Source: Candidatus Latescibacterota bacterium (GTDB lineage: Bacteria; Latescibacterota; CBDEFO01). From it: DNA of 64,000 bases. A program made the translations under genes and the position numbers. Of the stretch, positions 28,571-41,469 are shown piece by piece. Location: positions 896,001 to 960,000 of the forward strand of contig CBDEFO010000008.1 of NCBI GenBank assembly GCA_965237525.1, written 5' to 3'. How positions within the stretch are numbered: position 1 is the first letter of the stretch; the number at the start of each line of letters is the position of its first letter. Below the pieces are notes generated by a model. The model was not told the DNA's origin, ran no database searches, and saw only the letters and a list, made by a program, of their open reading frames with translations.

Positions 28571-31240
28571 TCAGGAAGTCAACGCCTCTAATTTCCTCGT
28601 GAGTTTCTCTAAATTGGTTCTGTACTCGTCCCTTTTTGCTCTTTCCCTCTCCACGACCTCTTTGGGAGCTTTCTCGACGAAGGAATTGTTCTCCAATTTC
28701 TTCTGTGAGCTTTGCAATAGGCCAGAAAGACGCCCAATCTCCTTTTCGAGCCGCGCTTTCTCCTTACCGACATCTATCCCTAAGGGCATAATGATCTCAA
28801 CATCCTCGAAGAACGCTGTGGCCGAAGAGGCGGGTATGACTGCTCCCTGCTCCAGAAAGTATATATCCTGTGCCGCTGTTGCTGTTAGTGATGCGATAAT
28901 GTTCTTGTTCATCTCAAGCACCGATCGACTTTGCTGTGAATCTGTCTTAAGCTGTACTGGAACCTTTGTAGAGGGCGGAACGTTCATCTCAGCTCTTCTA
29001 TTCCGTGCGGTCATCGTGACCCCCTGTATCTTACGCATCTGTCTTTCGGCGTCTTCATCGAAACATTCATCGTCAGGCTGTGGCCATTCGCTGAGCATAA
29101 TGGTCTTTGAATCTCCCCTTACGCGTTGAGGCAACATCTGCCATATCTCCTCTGTGATAAAGGGCATAAAGGGATGCAAAAGCCTCATAGATGTCTCCAA
29201 AACTCTCGCAAGTATCCTCTGAGCTGAAGTTCTGGCATTCGCATCATCGGAGTTATAAAGCCTCGGCTTGGATAGTTCGACGTACCAGTCGCAGTAATCG
29301 TGCCATATAAAGTCGTAGAGCGTCTGCGATGCTTCGTTGAATCTGAATCTTTCCAATGATGCGTTCACTTCCTTGATTGTTCTGTTGAGACGGCTCAGTA
29401 TCCATCTGTCTGATAGTTCAGATAGATCAGTCGTTGCACTCTCGGCGTCAAAGTCCTCAAGATTCATCGTGACAAACCGCGCGGCGTTCCATATCTTGTT
29501 TGTAAAGTTCCTGCCTATTTCGACCTTGTCGTTGGAAAAGAAGATGTCCTGCCCCTGAGCCTCCAAAAGGGTCATCGTAAACCTCAAAGCATCGGCTCCA
29601 TACTCGGCGATAACATCAGCAGGATCGGGCGAATTGCCGAGTGATTTGCTCATCTTTCTGCCCTTTTTGTCCTTGATCAAGCCCGTGAAATAGACCTCAT
29701 TGAAGGGACATTCCCCCCTAAACTCGTAGCCCGCCATCACCATCCTTGCGACCCAGAAGAAGATGATGTCCGGGGCAGTAACGAGCGTGTCTGTAGGGTA
29801 GAAATAGTCAAGCTCCGGCGTCTCTTCGGGCCATCCCAACGTGGAAAACGGCCAAAGCCAGGATGAAAACCAAGTGTCCAGGACGTCCTCGTCCTGTCTA
29901 AATGTGCCGTTTCCGCACTTGGAGCACTTTTTTGGCTCGGAGATCGAGACTACGAACTCATCGCATCCGTCGCAGTACCACACTGGGACCCTGTGTCCCC
30001 ACCAAAGCTGGCGCGAGATGCACCAATCCCGAATGTTTAAAAGCCAGTCCAGATATACCTTCGTCCAGCGTTGATGATATATCTTCAGTTTCCCTTCCCT
30101 AACAGCTTGAATGGCAGGTTCTGCCAACTCCTCCATCTTCACGAACCACTGCTCGGAAAGATATGGCTCGACTGTTGTGTCACACCTCTGGCAGTGGCCT
30201 ATAGAATGAACATGATTTTCTATCTTCGCTATCAGTCCACCCCTTTTCAGATCCTCAACTAAAGCCTTCCGGCACTCGAATCTATCCATCCCACTGTATC
30301 TTTCCCCCGCATTTTCGTTCATAGTCCCGTCCTTGTTCATCACGAGCACCTGCGGGAGATTGTGCCTACGTCCGATGTCGAAGTCGTTGGGGTCGTGAGC
30401 AGGCGTTACTTTGACCGCACCCGTGCCAAATTCGGGATCTACGAAGTCATCTGCCACCACCGGTAGCTCCCTCCCTACGGCAGGCAAAATAAGCGTCTTT
30501 CCGACTAGATCCTGATACCGTTCATCTTTAGGATTGACAGCCACTGCCGTATCCCCCAACATGGTCTCTGGCCTCGTGGTGGCGACCGTCACAAATCTTT
30601 CATCTTCTCCCTTGACCGGATACTTGATTGACCACAGATGTCCATTTTCCTCCTGATGTATAGATTCTTCGTCGGAAAGAGCTGTCTGGCACCTTGAACA
30701 CCAGTTGATTATGTATTCTCCTTTATAGATAAATCCCCTTTCGTAGAGCCTGACAAACGCCTCCAGAACAGACCTGTAATGGTCTTCATCCATTGTGAAT
30801 CGTTCTCTTGCCCAGTCGCAACTGCATCCAAGTCCCTTAAGCTGTCGGATGATCGTGCCACCGTACTTTTCATTCCACTTCCAGACGATCTCGAGGAACT
30901 TTTCCCTGCCGAGGTCGTATCGGGTCTTGCCTTCCTTCGCAAGTTCCTTTTCGACGACGTTGTGCGTGGCTATGCTGGCGTGATCGGTGCCTGGCATCCA
31001 CAGTGTCTCGAACCCCTGCATCCTCCGTCTTCTAATGAGAACGTCCTGGAGCGTGTTGTTGAGGACGTGCCCCATCGTAAGTATGCCCGTAATATTTGGA
31101 GGTGGGATAACTATCGTGTAGGGCTTCTTATCCCGATTCGGCTTTGCGTGGAAGAGTGAATTCTCTTCCCAATAGCGATACCATCTTTCTTCGACTGTCT
31201 TGGGATTGTATACTTTCTTCATAGTTTTCTGTGCCATCAT
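28571..31240 (-). CDS. valS: Valine--tRNA ligase
   Basis: PPPNITG..MGH, TTRPET, DWCISRQLWWGH, KMSKS, C-terminal coiled coil. Confidence 0.98.
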   Translation of the reverse strand: MMAQKTMKKVYNPKTVEERWYRYWEENSLFHAKPNRDKKPYTIVIPPPNITGILTMGHVLNNTLQDVLIRRRRMQGFETLWMPGTDHASIATHNVVEKELAKEGKTRYDLGREKFLEIVWKWNEKYGGTIIRQLKGLGCSCDWARERFTMDEDHYRSVLEAFVRLYERGFIYKGEYIINWCSRCQTALSDEESIHQEENGHLWSIKYPVKGEDERFVTVATTRPETMLGDTAVAVNPKDERYQDLVGKTLILPAVGRELPVVADDFVDPEFGTGAVKVTPAHDPNDFDIGRRHNLPQVLVMNKDGTMNENAGERYSGMDRFECRKALVEDLKRGGLIAKIENHVHSIGHCQRCDTTVEPYLSEQWFVKMEELAEPAIQAVREGKLKIYHQRWTKVYLDWLLNIRDWCISRQLWWGHRVPVWYCDGCDEFVVSISEPKKCSKCGNGTFRQDEDVLDTWFSSWLWPFSTLGWPEETPELDYFYPTDTLVTAPDIIFFWVARMVMAGYEFRGECPFNEVYFTGLIKDKKGRKMSKSLGNSPDPADVIAEYGADALRFTMTLLEAQGQDIFFSNDKVEIGRNFTNKIWNAARFVTMNLEDFDAESATTDLSELSDRWILSRLNRTIKEVNASLERFRFNEASQTLYDFIWHDYCDWYVELSKPRLYNSDDANARTSAQRILARVLETSMRLLHPFMPFITEEIWQMLPQRVRGDSKTIMLSEWPQPDDECFDEDAERQMRKIQGVTMTARNRRAEMNVPPSTKVPVQLKTDSQQSRSVLEMNKNIIASLTATAAQDIYFLEQGAVIPASSATAFFEDVEIIMPLGIDVGKEKARLEKEIGRLSGLLQSSQKKLENNSFVEKAPKEVVERERAKRDEYRTNLEKLTRKLEALTS

Positions 31241-31507
31241 TATCCCCTATAAGGAGTTAAAACACACTTTTACGATCCTACCACATCTTGGACAAAGATA
31301 CGCAGATAGCTGGCAAAAGTCAAGGAAAAGTAGGCGGCAAACAATAGACAGGGATGCCGGTTTCCCCCATCCACTACTTTCTTGACTTTCCTGTTGCGTT
31401 GTAATATTTTAAATAGTCTGACAGATATTTTAGCTCGTAAAACTTATGATGTGAGGGATAGCCGCGGATGGTTTCTGTGGAGGCTTACGGAGAGGGAGGC
31501 TCACGGA

Positions 31508-32362
31508 GTGGCTCTTTTGAAAATAATGCTCATTGCCATTGGATTTGTTTTCTTCTGTTCATTACTTCAGTTTTTGGCAAGTATTCATCCCCCGCGCTAC
31601 TACGATCACCGGAGGCCTTCAGATTACGGCTTAGAATACAAAAGCGTATCGTTTATGACATCTGATAAAATAAACATAAAAGGATGGCTTATTACTTCCG
31701 AAAGTGCCGTCGGAACTTTAATAATTGGGCATGGATATCCATTTGACAAAGGAAACATACTCCCTGTTGTAACGTTTCTATACCCCGATTATAATTTGCT
31801 CTTGTACGACCATCGCTATTTCGGTGAAAGCTCCGGATCAATAACTACGGTCGGAGCACGTGAAGTAGAGGATGTGAAAGCAGCTTTTAACTTTGTTATG
31901 GAAAGATTTGGTGAAGAAGAACCTATCGCTCTATATGGGTTTTCGCTCAGTGCATCGGTGATGTTGATGACCAAGTTGCAGGTTAAGGCTATTGTCGCTG
32001 ACTCGCCGTATGCCGATTTAGAACAAATGATTAAGCAGGTCTATGGGATATTAGGTCCGTTGAAATTTCCTTTTGTACAGACAACAAACATTCTTGCTAA
32101 AATTTTTTTGAGAATGGATCCAAGGAAGGTATCTCCAGCATTTTCTGTTAAAGATACAAATATTCCGATATTGATCATTCATGGGGAAAAGGACAGTCAG
32201 ATCCCCCTAGAAAATGCATATGTTCTCAAAGCAAGCAACCCTGATATAGAACTCTGGATAGTAAAAGACAGCGATCATGGTCAAGCCTTTGCACTTTTCA
32301 AAGATGAATACGAGCACCGCATTAAGTCATTTTTAAAGAGACATATGCAAGGTACAGGGTAA
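31508..32362 (+). CDS. Alpha/beta hydrolase with N-terminal membrane anchor (start GTG 31508 inferred)
   Basis: HGY, YDHRYFGES, GFSLS nucleophile elbow, HGEKD, catalytic His. Confidence 0.85.
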   Translation: MALLKIMLIAIGFVFFCSLLQFLASIHPPRYYDHRRPSDYGLEYKSVSFMTSDKINIKGWLITSESAVGTLIIGHGYPFDKGNILPVVTFLYPDYNLLLYDHRYFGESSGSITTVGAREVEDVKAAFNFVMERFGEEEPIALYGFSLSASVMLMTKLQVKAIVADSPYADLEQMIKQVYGILGPLKFPFVQTTNILAKIFLRMDPRKVSPAFSVKDTNIPILIIHGEKDSQIPLENAYVLKASNPDIELWIVKDSDHGQAFALFKDEYEHRIKSFLKRHMQGTG

Positions 32363-32396
32363 CCAAAGCCTCTCGAAAACGCACGGATTTTTGCTT

Positions 32397-33128
32397 ATGG
32401 ACAAAAAAGCCGTTTGTGTGCTTTTCTTGCTCTGCTTTTCAAACCTCTGCTTTTCTGACACTTTGTATATGTCAAAGCTGAGTCCGGAAAGAGTAGGGCA
32501 TTTTCCCTCTGCGGAAACAAGACTCTCAAAACTTGCAGAAGATACGAAGGGCCTGAGGAAATGGGGAGATGCTACAGCTATTTTGGGAGTAGCTACCATA
32601 TTCTCAGGGTATTACATCTTATCTCGGCAGGACATGGACATCGACGAAAGAAACGCCGGTATTCTGGTGTCCACCTACGGTCTCTCTCTCTTTCTCAAGG
32701 GAGCACATTTGCAGAACCGGGTGATACGCACAAGAGCTAAACATCATGTCGTAATGTCAGCCGACGAGCAAAAGAGGGAATATATTGCATCTGAAGTTTT
32801 GGGTGAGTTAGCAGATAAAGAGAGAAAGTGGAGGGTAGCTCATGGAATTACAGACGCAACGATAGCTGCTCTATTTCTAATTTTCAGGCCGCTTAGAGAA
32901 GAAGAGATCTGGCCTCCTTGGAGCGATGCAGTTATTGTACTTAAACATCCCACCTTTGAGAATTACTTAACAGTCACAAGCTTCCTGGGGCTTGCGGCCC
33001 GTTCCTTTCTTTTCAAAAGCAAAGAGGAGAAAGCCTTTGCTGGCTATTTACAAGACAAGGAGTTGGGAAGGGTCTCCCTCCACCTAGCACAGACCAACAA
33101 CTTAATGACACTGGTTTGCAGATTCTAA
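32397..33128 (+). CDS. Hypothetical membrane protein
   Basis: Signal peptide and several hydrophobic segments. Confidence 0.55.
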   Translation: MDKKAVCVLFLLCFSNLCFSDTLYMSKLSPERVGHFPSAETRLSKLAEDTKGLRKWGDATAILGVATIFSGYYILSRQDMDIDERNAGILVSTYGLSLFLKGAHLQNRVIRTRAKHHVVMSADEQKREYIASEVLGELADKERKWRVAHGITDATIAALFLIFRPLREEEIWPPWSDAVIVLKHPTFENYLTVTSFLGLAARSFLFKSKEEKAFAGYLQDKELGRVSLHLAQTNNLMTLVCRF

Positions 33129-33143
33129 AATCGGAGGACTACG

Positions 33144-33914
33144 ATGGAGTTTGACGGAAAAGTCGCAGTCGTAACGGGCGCAGCGACAGGGATAGGTAGA
33201 GCCACGGCCATCGCCTTCGCGACAGAGGGCGCTTCTGTGGCAGTCGTGGATGTGAACGATGAAAAGGGAGTCCAGACCGCAGGTGATATAAAAGAAAAGC
33301 ACGGGAACGCCATCTTCGTCCATGCCGATGTGTCCTTATCTTCCGACGCCGAGAAGGTGGTATCCCAGGTCGTGCAGGAACTCGGAGGCATAGACATCCT
33401 TCACAACAACGCAGGCATACAGCACTACGGCTCTGTTACGACCACAACAGAAGAGGACTGGGACAAGGTGTTGGATATAAATCTCAAGAGCGTATATCTT
33501 TGCTCCAAATACTCCATCCCACAAATGCTGAAACGCGGTGGCGGAGCCATAGTCAACACCGCATCGGTTCAGGGACTCGCAACGCAAAAAGATGTCGCTC
33601 CCTATGCGGCGTCAAAAGGAGGCATGATCGCACTTACTCGCAATATGGCGCTCGACTACGCCGAACACAAGATAAGGGTCAACTGCATCTGCCCCGGCGC
33701 GATAGACACCCCTATGCTCAAATACGCGGCTGATACCCTCACAGACGACTCCGAAGCTGCAATCAAAGAGTGGGGTTTTTTCCACGCGTTAGATAGAGTT
33801 GGAAGGCCAGAGGAGGTCGCGGAGGTGGTCCTATTCTTAGCAAGCGAAAAGGCCTCCTTCGTCACCGGAGCCGCATACCTGGTGGACGGAGGACTGCTTG
33901 CCTCCTTTGCATAG
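33144..33914 (+). CDS. Short-chain dehydrogenase/reductase
   Basis: TGAATGIG, NNAG, YAASK, VDGG. Confidence 0.95.
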   Translation: MEFDGKVAVVTGAATGIGRATAIAFATEGASVAVVDVNDEKGVQTAGDIKEKHGNAIFVHADVSLSSDAEKVVSQVVQELGGIDILHNNAGIQHYGSVTTTTEEDWDKVLDINLKSVYLCSKYSIPQMLKRGGGAIVNTASVQGLATQKDVAPYAASKGGMIALTRNMALDYAEHKIRVNCICPGAIDTPMLKYAADTLTDDSEAAIKEWGFFHALDRVGRPEEVAEVVLFLASEKASFVTGAAYLVDGGLLASFA

Positions 33915-33918
33915 AATA

Positions 33919-34044
33919 TAGGGGCAGACCTGTCTGCCTGCCCTGAATATTTGGGCGGACACATTGGTTCTCTCCTACGAAACATGGCATAAACGAGCGT
34001 GTCAGACAGCACTGTCTGACCCACCACACATGGTTCGCCCCTGC
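33919..34044. repeat. Degenerate GTAG-type REP cluster
   Basis: TAGGGGCAGACCTGTCTGCCTGCCC followed by inverted GGGCGGACACATTGGTTCTCTCCTAC and a partial third copy. Confidence 0.55.
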
Positions 34045-34051
34045 TATCTAA

Positions 34052-36094
<2,043 letters not shown>

Positions 36095-36436
36095 ATTACA
36101 TCGTGGATCTTAGCATCACATGATAAGGAGAATAAAATAATAGCGATAAAAAATGCAAAAAAGAAAGTCTAGCGAAATGCTGCAAAGTTTCGTTATTTCC
36201 GTTGCCAGTCGTTTTATAGCTTTATAGAGGTAGCGATCTGATAATTATGCACAACATCAAGGGAGGCATTAGAGAGACAAAAGAACGACAGGAACAATTG
36301 GACATGAGCTGCTGCAATGACCGACTTTTCTACGGTAGAGTTCAACCATCCTACAGATAAACTCCTCCACTGACCGGGCAATTTCACCCTCTCCAAAGAG
36401 GGATATTTAGACCCAATGTAAATTTCTTTAAATACG

Positions 36437-36481
36437 TAGATAAGAAGAGAGCCCCATCAGTTGGGGCTCTCTTCTTATCTA
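36437..36481. terminator. Long perfect hairpin between convergent transcription units
   Basis: TAGATAAGAAGAGAGCCCCA-tcagt-TGGGGCTCTCTTCTTATCTA (20-bp stem). Confidence 0.75.
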
Positions 36482-36493
36482 ACAGGAGCTATA

Positions 36494-37639
36494 TTAATAC
36501 CGCGGCACGTTCGTATCGATCTGCGTAGACCATTGATCTATGCCGCCTTCCAGGTTCTTCAGGTTCCTGAAGCCCTGTCCCTTCAATATCTCTATCGCCT
36601 GGGCGCTTCTGACTCCCATCTTGCAGTGGACCACTACATCCCTGTCCTTATAATCGCTAATTTCAGAAGACCGTTGCGCCACTTCGTTTAGTGGGATAAG
36701 CCTCGAACCGTCTATGCGGGCGATTTCATACTCGTTCGGCTCTCTGACGTCCAGCAATAGAAAATGTTCCCCATCGTCCATCTTCATCTTGAGCTCAGCC
36801 GCCGTTATCTCCTCTAAATAGTCCCTTTCTCCTTCAGGCTGAATGCCGCAGAACTCCTGATAATCTATGAGTTCGGTGAGGGTCGGATTATCTCCGCACA
36901 CAGGGCACTGGGGGTTCCTTTCGAGTCTTACTTCCCGGAACTCCATCTCTAAGGAGTCGAAGATCAACAATCTCCCTGAAAGTGTGTTCCCCTTGCCCAA
37001 GATAATCTTCACCGCCTCCATCGCCTGAATCAGCCCGACTATTCCCGGAAGGACGCCTATCACTCCACCTTCGGCACACGAAGGCACCATCCCCGGAGGA
37101 GGAGGCTCAGGAAAGAGGCACCTGTAGCACGGACCGCCCTCATAATGAAAGACCGTAGATTGCCCTTCGAAGCGAAATATGCTCCCGTAGATGTTGGGCT
37201 TATCCAGTAACACACACGCATCGTTTGTTAAGTACCTGGTCGGGAAGTTGTCCGTCCCGTCAATCACAATGTCATAGTCCTTTATAATGTCAAGGGCGTT
37301 ATCAGAGGAGAACACAACATTATGCTTTATCACCTCGACGTCGGGATTGATCGAATTTATCGTCTCCTGTGCCGAATCCAACTTCGGCCTTCCTACGTCT
37401 TCCGTTCCGTGGATCACCTGTCTTTGGAGGTTTGAAAGTTCCACCTCATCGAAATCGACAAGTCCTAAAGTCCCGACACCCACGGCGGCAAGGTACATCC
37501 CAAGGGGGGATCCCAATCCACCCGCCCCTATTAGCAGTATCCTGGACTCTAAAAGCTTTGTCTGCCCTTTGAGCCCAACCTCTGGGAGGATCAGATGCCT
37601 TCCATATCGCTGATATTGATCTTTATTCAACGTTAGCAT
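36494..37639 (-). CDS. moeB: MoeB/ThiF adenylyltransferase with C-terminal rhodanese domain
   Basis: GAGGLG, SNLQRQ, DGTDNF, CYRC/CPVC, CKMGVRS rhodanese loop. Confidence 0.93.
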   Translation of the reverse strand: MLTLNKDQYQRYGRHLILPEVGLKGQTKLLESRILLIGAGGLGSPLGMYLAAVGVGTLGLVDFDEVELSNLQRQVIHGTEDVGRPKLDSAQETINSINPDVEVIKHNVVFSSDNALDIIKDYDIVIDGTDNFPTRYLTNDACVLLDKPNIYGSIFRFEGQSTVFHYEGGPCYRCLFPEPPPPGMVPSCAEGGVIGVLPGIVGLIQAMEAVKIILGKGNTLSGRLLIFDSLEMEFREVRLERNPQCPVCGDNPTLTELIDYQEFCGIQPEGERDYLEEITAAELKMKMDDGEHFLLLDVREPNEYEIARIDGSRLIPLNEVAQRSSEISDYKDRDVVVHCKMGVRSAQAIEILKGQGFRNLKNLEGGIDQWSTQIDTNVPRY

Positions 37640-37707
37640 GACTGCTCCTTTTATCTTAATCTCCTACTATCTGTTATCTAATCAACCGCGTTTTATATTT
37701 AAGTATT

Positions 37708-37779
37708 TGCCCCTACGGAGAATCGAACTCCGGCTGCCAGATCGAAAATCTGGTGTCCTAGCCACTAGACGACAGGGGC
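37708..37779 (-). tRNA. tRNA-Glu (TTC), CCA not encoded
   Basis: GCCCCTG/TAGGGGC acceptor stem, CCAGA-TTTTCGA-TCTGG anticodon arm, GTTCGA T-loop. Confidence 0.92.
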
Positions 37780-38066
37780 ACTTTACCCATTATATGAAAT
37801 ATAAGAACCTTTTGTTTTCTCGTCAACAAGAAATGTATTTAGGACATACTTTGTGTTGAGTCCCGGGAATAAATGTTCTGAAACACACTAAAATCAGGGC
37901 TAATTATGAAAAGTCGTTGACATTCGCATCTATCTTTTGTATGTTTATCAGCGGTAAAATCAGTAAGCCTTCCCACATCACTGCATAAATATACCTTTAT
38001 TGGGCGTACCAGAACTTCCATTTAAATAGAAAACCCCTTAAACCTTTTAAGTTCAAGGGGCTATGT

Positions 38067-38143
<77 letters not shown>

Positions 38144-38296
38144 TCGCCTTACTCTAAAATCACCTGGTTCTAATATAACAAAACTCGTGTAATTTAGCAA
38201 GCTTTTTTCATAGGAAAACCGCCGCAAGAACTATAATTTGAATCATAAGGTGAAGATTCTCTGGTAGCAAAAGTTAAATCCCAATCTAATGGAAAT

Positions 38297-39058
38297 GTGA
38301 TATCGTCCCCCCGAAAGGTGCGTAAACCTAAAAGCGACTTTGGGGGAAAGGTGCTTCTTTTTATCCTTGTGTCGGTATTAACGCTCTTTGCAGGCGTGGT
38401 GCTTACGGATTGGATGATTATGCCTTTCCTCGTCCTCCGTGGCGAACTTGTAGAAGTCCCTGATATCGTGGAACTTACAACAAGTGATGCCAGGAAACTC
38501 ATATCGCAGCACGGATTGTCGCTCATAATGGACGATCAGAAACCGAGCCTTGATGTTCCCAAAGGCTGTATCATATCTCAGATGCCAAAGGCGTTTTCCA
38601 CCGTCAAAAAGGGAAGGGGAGTATATGTAGTCGTAAGTCAGGGAGCTATAGAATACAAGATGCCTTACGTTGTGGGATCGTCTCTTCGGTCAGCTCAGAT
38701 AATGACAAGAAAATCAGGATTAGAAGTGGGAAGCGTAGTCTATGAACCTTCGTACAGTGTCAAAAAGGGCATAGTGATATCTCAAGATCCTGTTGCTCAT
38801 AGTCTCGTGTCAAAAGATAGGCCGGTTAATCTTATAGTCAGCAGCGGCCTTCCGGATGCGAGAAAGAAGATGCCTGACCTGATGGAAAAGGATGTTAAGA
38901 CGGCTATTGCCATTCTGAAGGCAGAAGGAATAACATGGGAGCTTTTTTACGAATCGAGTGACAAATTTCTGCCCAATACGGTTATCGGGCAGTCTCCCAA
39001 GGCAGGCTCGGCCATAGAGGAAAGGCAAAAAGTTAAACTTATCATCAGCACATTGTAA
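38297..39058 (+). CDS. Membrane-anchored PASTA-domain protein (3 repeats)
   Basis: TM segment, then VPDIV/MPYVV/MPDLM repeats with ISQ.P motifs. Confidence 0.9.
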   Translation: MISSPRKVRKPKSDFGGKVLLFILVSVLTLFAGVVLTDWMIMPFLVLRGELVEVPDIVELTTSDARKLISQHGLSLIMDDQKPSLDVPKGCIISQMPKAFSTVKKGRGVYVVVSQGAIEYKMPYVVGSSLRSAQIMTRKSGLEVGSVVYEPSYSVKKGIVISQDPVAHSLVSKDRPVNLIVSSGLPDARKKMPDLMEKDVKTAIAILKAEGITWELFYESSDKFLPNTVIGQSPKAGSAIEERQKVKLIISTL

Positions 39059-39165
39059 TTCATAAGAATAAGTGTAAGTAACTATATATCAATATATTAC
39101 ATCAATAAATAATCCTTAAACGCAACATACGAGTAATTTTTTTGCAGCATAAATCCTGTTTTTTA

Positions 39166-39194
39166 TTGACAAATAGTCCATAAATTTATATATT
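39166..39194 (+). promoter_or_regulatory. Sigma70-type promoter of hup
   Basis: TTGACA-17 bp-TATATT. Confidence 0.65.
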
Positions 39195-39268
39195 CTGATC
39201 ACTTCAGAAAACAATTACACTTACCAATGGTGGTGAGTCTAAAATAACACATTGAGGAGGTGAAAGAT

Positions 39269-39544
39269 ATGGCGAACAAGGGCGATGTGGTAGATGCTGT
39301 TGCGAGGGAAGCGGGAATTTCAAAAAAAGGAGCTGGGGCGGCGGTTAATGCCGTTATCAACACTATTACTGATGCCTTAAAGGCAGGGGATAAGGTAACT
39401 CTCCCGGGGTTCGGAACGTTTTCAGTGACCCGAAGGGCCGCCAGGAGTGGAAGGGACCCCAGAACAGGAAACGCAATCCAGATTTCTGCCAGGACGCAGC
39501 CTAGGTTTAAGCCAGGAAAGGGACTAAGGGACGCTATAAATTAA
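39269..39544 (+). CDS. hup: Histone-like DNA-binding protein HU
   Basis: GFGTF, RSGRDPRTG, PRFKPGK. Confidence 0.95.
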   Translation: MANKGDVVDAVAREAGISKKGAGAAVNAVINTITDALKAGDKVTLPGFGTFSVTRRAARSGRDPRTGNAIQISARTQPRFKPGKGLRDAIN

Positions 39545-39569
39545 TCTACCGGTTGCCGATTAAGTCAGG

Positions 39570-39605
39570 AGACCCCAGGATACAAAATTCTGGGGTCTTT
39601 CTTTT
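39570..39605 (+). terminator. Intrinsic terminator after hup
   Basis: AGACCCCAGGA/TTCTGGGGTCT stem plus T tract. Confidence 0.75.
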
Positions 39606-39609
39606 GAAA

Positions 39610-39785
39610 CTAAGTTGTGTTGTATACAAGGGCCCTCTTAACATCTCCAATGGCTTTTGTGACGTCTATTTCTCTGGGACATGCTTCCACGCAGTTGAAG
39701 ATGGTTCGACCTCGCCACACCCCCTGGCGCGGACGATCACAGCATCGTACTTGTGATAGGACACGTCAATAAGATCTACCCATGA
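39610..39785 (-). pseudogene. Deletion scar joining the N-terminus of SdhA/FrdA to the C-terminus of SdhB/FrdB
   Basis: VSYHKYDAVIV(R)A, then out of frame GVWRGRTIFNCVEACPREIDVTKAIGDVKRAL*. Confidence 0.75.
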
Positions 39786-39832
39786 TTCGCTTCTTCAGTA
39801 GGGACGGTCAAGCTTCTAATCCAAGAAAGTCT

Positions 39833-41290
39833 CTATGCCTTCAGACTCCCAATCAGTGTCTTTGAATCCTCTATAATCCTTTCGGCTTCCTGCTGGATCA
39901 ATCCATCGTATTTTACAGCGACGTCCTCTCCTTCCATTTCCGCAAGTGTCTCTTTTATCGATCTGCTGCTTCGACGGGCCATCAGTGTAATATCTCCGGC
40001 CTTTTTATACCCGATAATGGGATTTAGTATAGTCGCAGCCGCGCCGCTCGCCTCAAAGTTGCGCCTGCAGTTGTCCCTGAAAGCTTGGATTCCATCCAGA
40101 CAGTTTACGCGGAACGTGACGAGGGCGTTGGACAGAATCTCCAGGGACTCCAAGAGGTTGAAGTTGATATTGGGCATAAGGATGTTAAGGTCCAGTTGAC
40201 CCTGACGGGAGTTCCAGGCGACAGCGGTGTCGTTGCCTATCACCTGGTTCGCCACCATCTTTAGAGCTTCCGCCATCGAAGGATTGATCTTCCCCGGCAT
40301 GATGGAGGATCCCGGCGCCACCTCAGGGACAGTGATCTCAGCTAGGCCTATGCTGGGGCCAGAGTTCAACAAGATGATGTCGCTGGCTATCTTGCCGAGT
40401 TCTATGGCGAGATTCCTGAGAGCGCCGGAGACAGCAGAAAAGGGCAGCATGCTCTGCATGGCGGCAAAGAGGTTGGGATGGCTCTTCACGTCAAAGCCTG
40501 TGATCTTGCTCAGATGCCCTACGACCTTTTCTCTATATCCGGGCGCGGTGTTGATACCTGTGCCCGCCGCCGTGCCTCCAATGCCGAGCTTCTTCAAGGA
40601 CTCGGACTGAGCCTGCAACTGCTCCTTCGCCTCACGAACGAGGGAGGCGTATCCGCTAAACTCGTTTCCGAGAGTCGTCCCCACAGCATCCATCATGTGC
40701 GTCCTTGCGGATTTGATAACATCGGCGAACTCCGAAGCCTTATTAATGAAGGATGCTTCTAAATCGTCCAACGCAGGCAGTAGCTTTCCGTATATGAGCT
40801 TCAAAGCAGCGATCCTGATGGACGTGGGTATCACATCGTTAGTAGATTGACCCATATTGACGTGGTCGTTAGGGCTTACCATCTTCTTCTCATCCTCGAT
40901 GCTCCCACCCAGCTTGATATGGGCAAGGTTGGCGAGGACTTCGTTCATGTTCATATGAATAGATGTCCCAGCCCCCATCTGAGCCAGGGCGTCAACCGGA
41001 AACTGGTCGCTGTACTTGCCGTCTATGAACTCATCGGCAGATTCCACGATAGCGTTGCCGATCTTCTCATCTAAAGCCCCGCAGCCCATATTAGCCAGTG
41101 CCGCCGCCATCTTCACTTCGGCTAAAGCTTCGATGAACTCCGGACGCTGTTTTAAGCCCGATATCGGAAAGAGGCGAATCGCCCGCTGAGTCGTCGTGCC
41201 CCACAGAGCGTCCACCGGCTCGATCCAGACTTCTCCCAAGCTATCGCTTTCCAATCTTCCATTTTGTTCTTCTTCGCTGGACATTTTCAC
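39833..41290 (-). CDS. fumC: Class II fumarate hydratase (aspartate ammonia-lyase not excluded)
   Basis: DSLG, GTSIHMNMNEV, QSTND, RTHMMDA, GSSIMPGKINP; adjacent to the sdh remnant. Confidence 0.75.
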   Translation of the reverse strand: MKMSSEEEQNGRLESDSLGEVWIEPVDALWGTTTQRAIRLFPISGLKQRPEFIEALAEVKMAAALANMGCGALDEKIGNAIVESADEFIDGKYSDQFPVDALAQMGAGTSIHMNMNEVLANLAHIKLGGSIEDEKKMVSPNDHVNMGQSTNDVIPTSIRIAALKLIYGKLLPALDDLEASFINKASEFADVIKSARTHMMDAVGTTLGNEFSGYASLVREAKEQLQAQSESLKKLGIGGTAAGTGINTAPGYREKVVGHLSKITGFDVKSHPNLFAAMQSMLPFSAVSGALRNLAIELGKIASDIILLNSGPSIGLAEITVPEVAPGSSIMPGKINPSMAEALKMVANQVIGNDTAVAWNSRQGQLDLNILMPNINFNLLESLEILSNALVTFRVNCLDGIQAFRDNCRRNFEASGAAATILNPIIGYKKAGDITLMARRSSRSIKETLAEMEGEDVAVKYDGLIQQEAERIIEDSKTLIGSLKA

Positions 41291-41469
41291 AGTCTCCTCG
41301 TTTTTAAGGGATTTGCACAGAATGGCATGGAGTTTCCGCCAAAAGCTCTCTGATACTTTTAGGGGGCCTCATTCGCGATGACTGAAGGCCTGAGCAAACA
41401 ACGTTATTGCCAGTCCCCGATTGAGTCCCCGAATGAATCTATCGGGGATCGCGGATAACGTCTGTAGAA

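Noticed and set aside
36130..36420. Possible gene remnant after ligA
   Set aside because: No recognisable protein motif in any frame I read.
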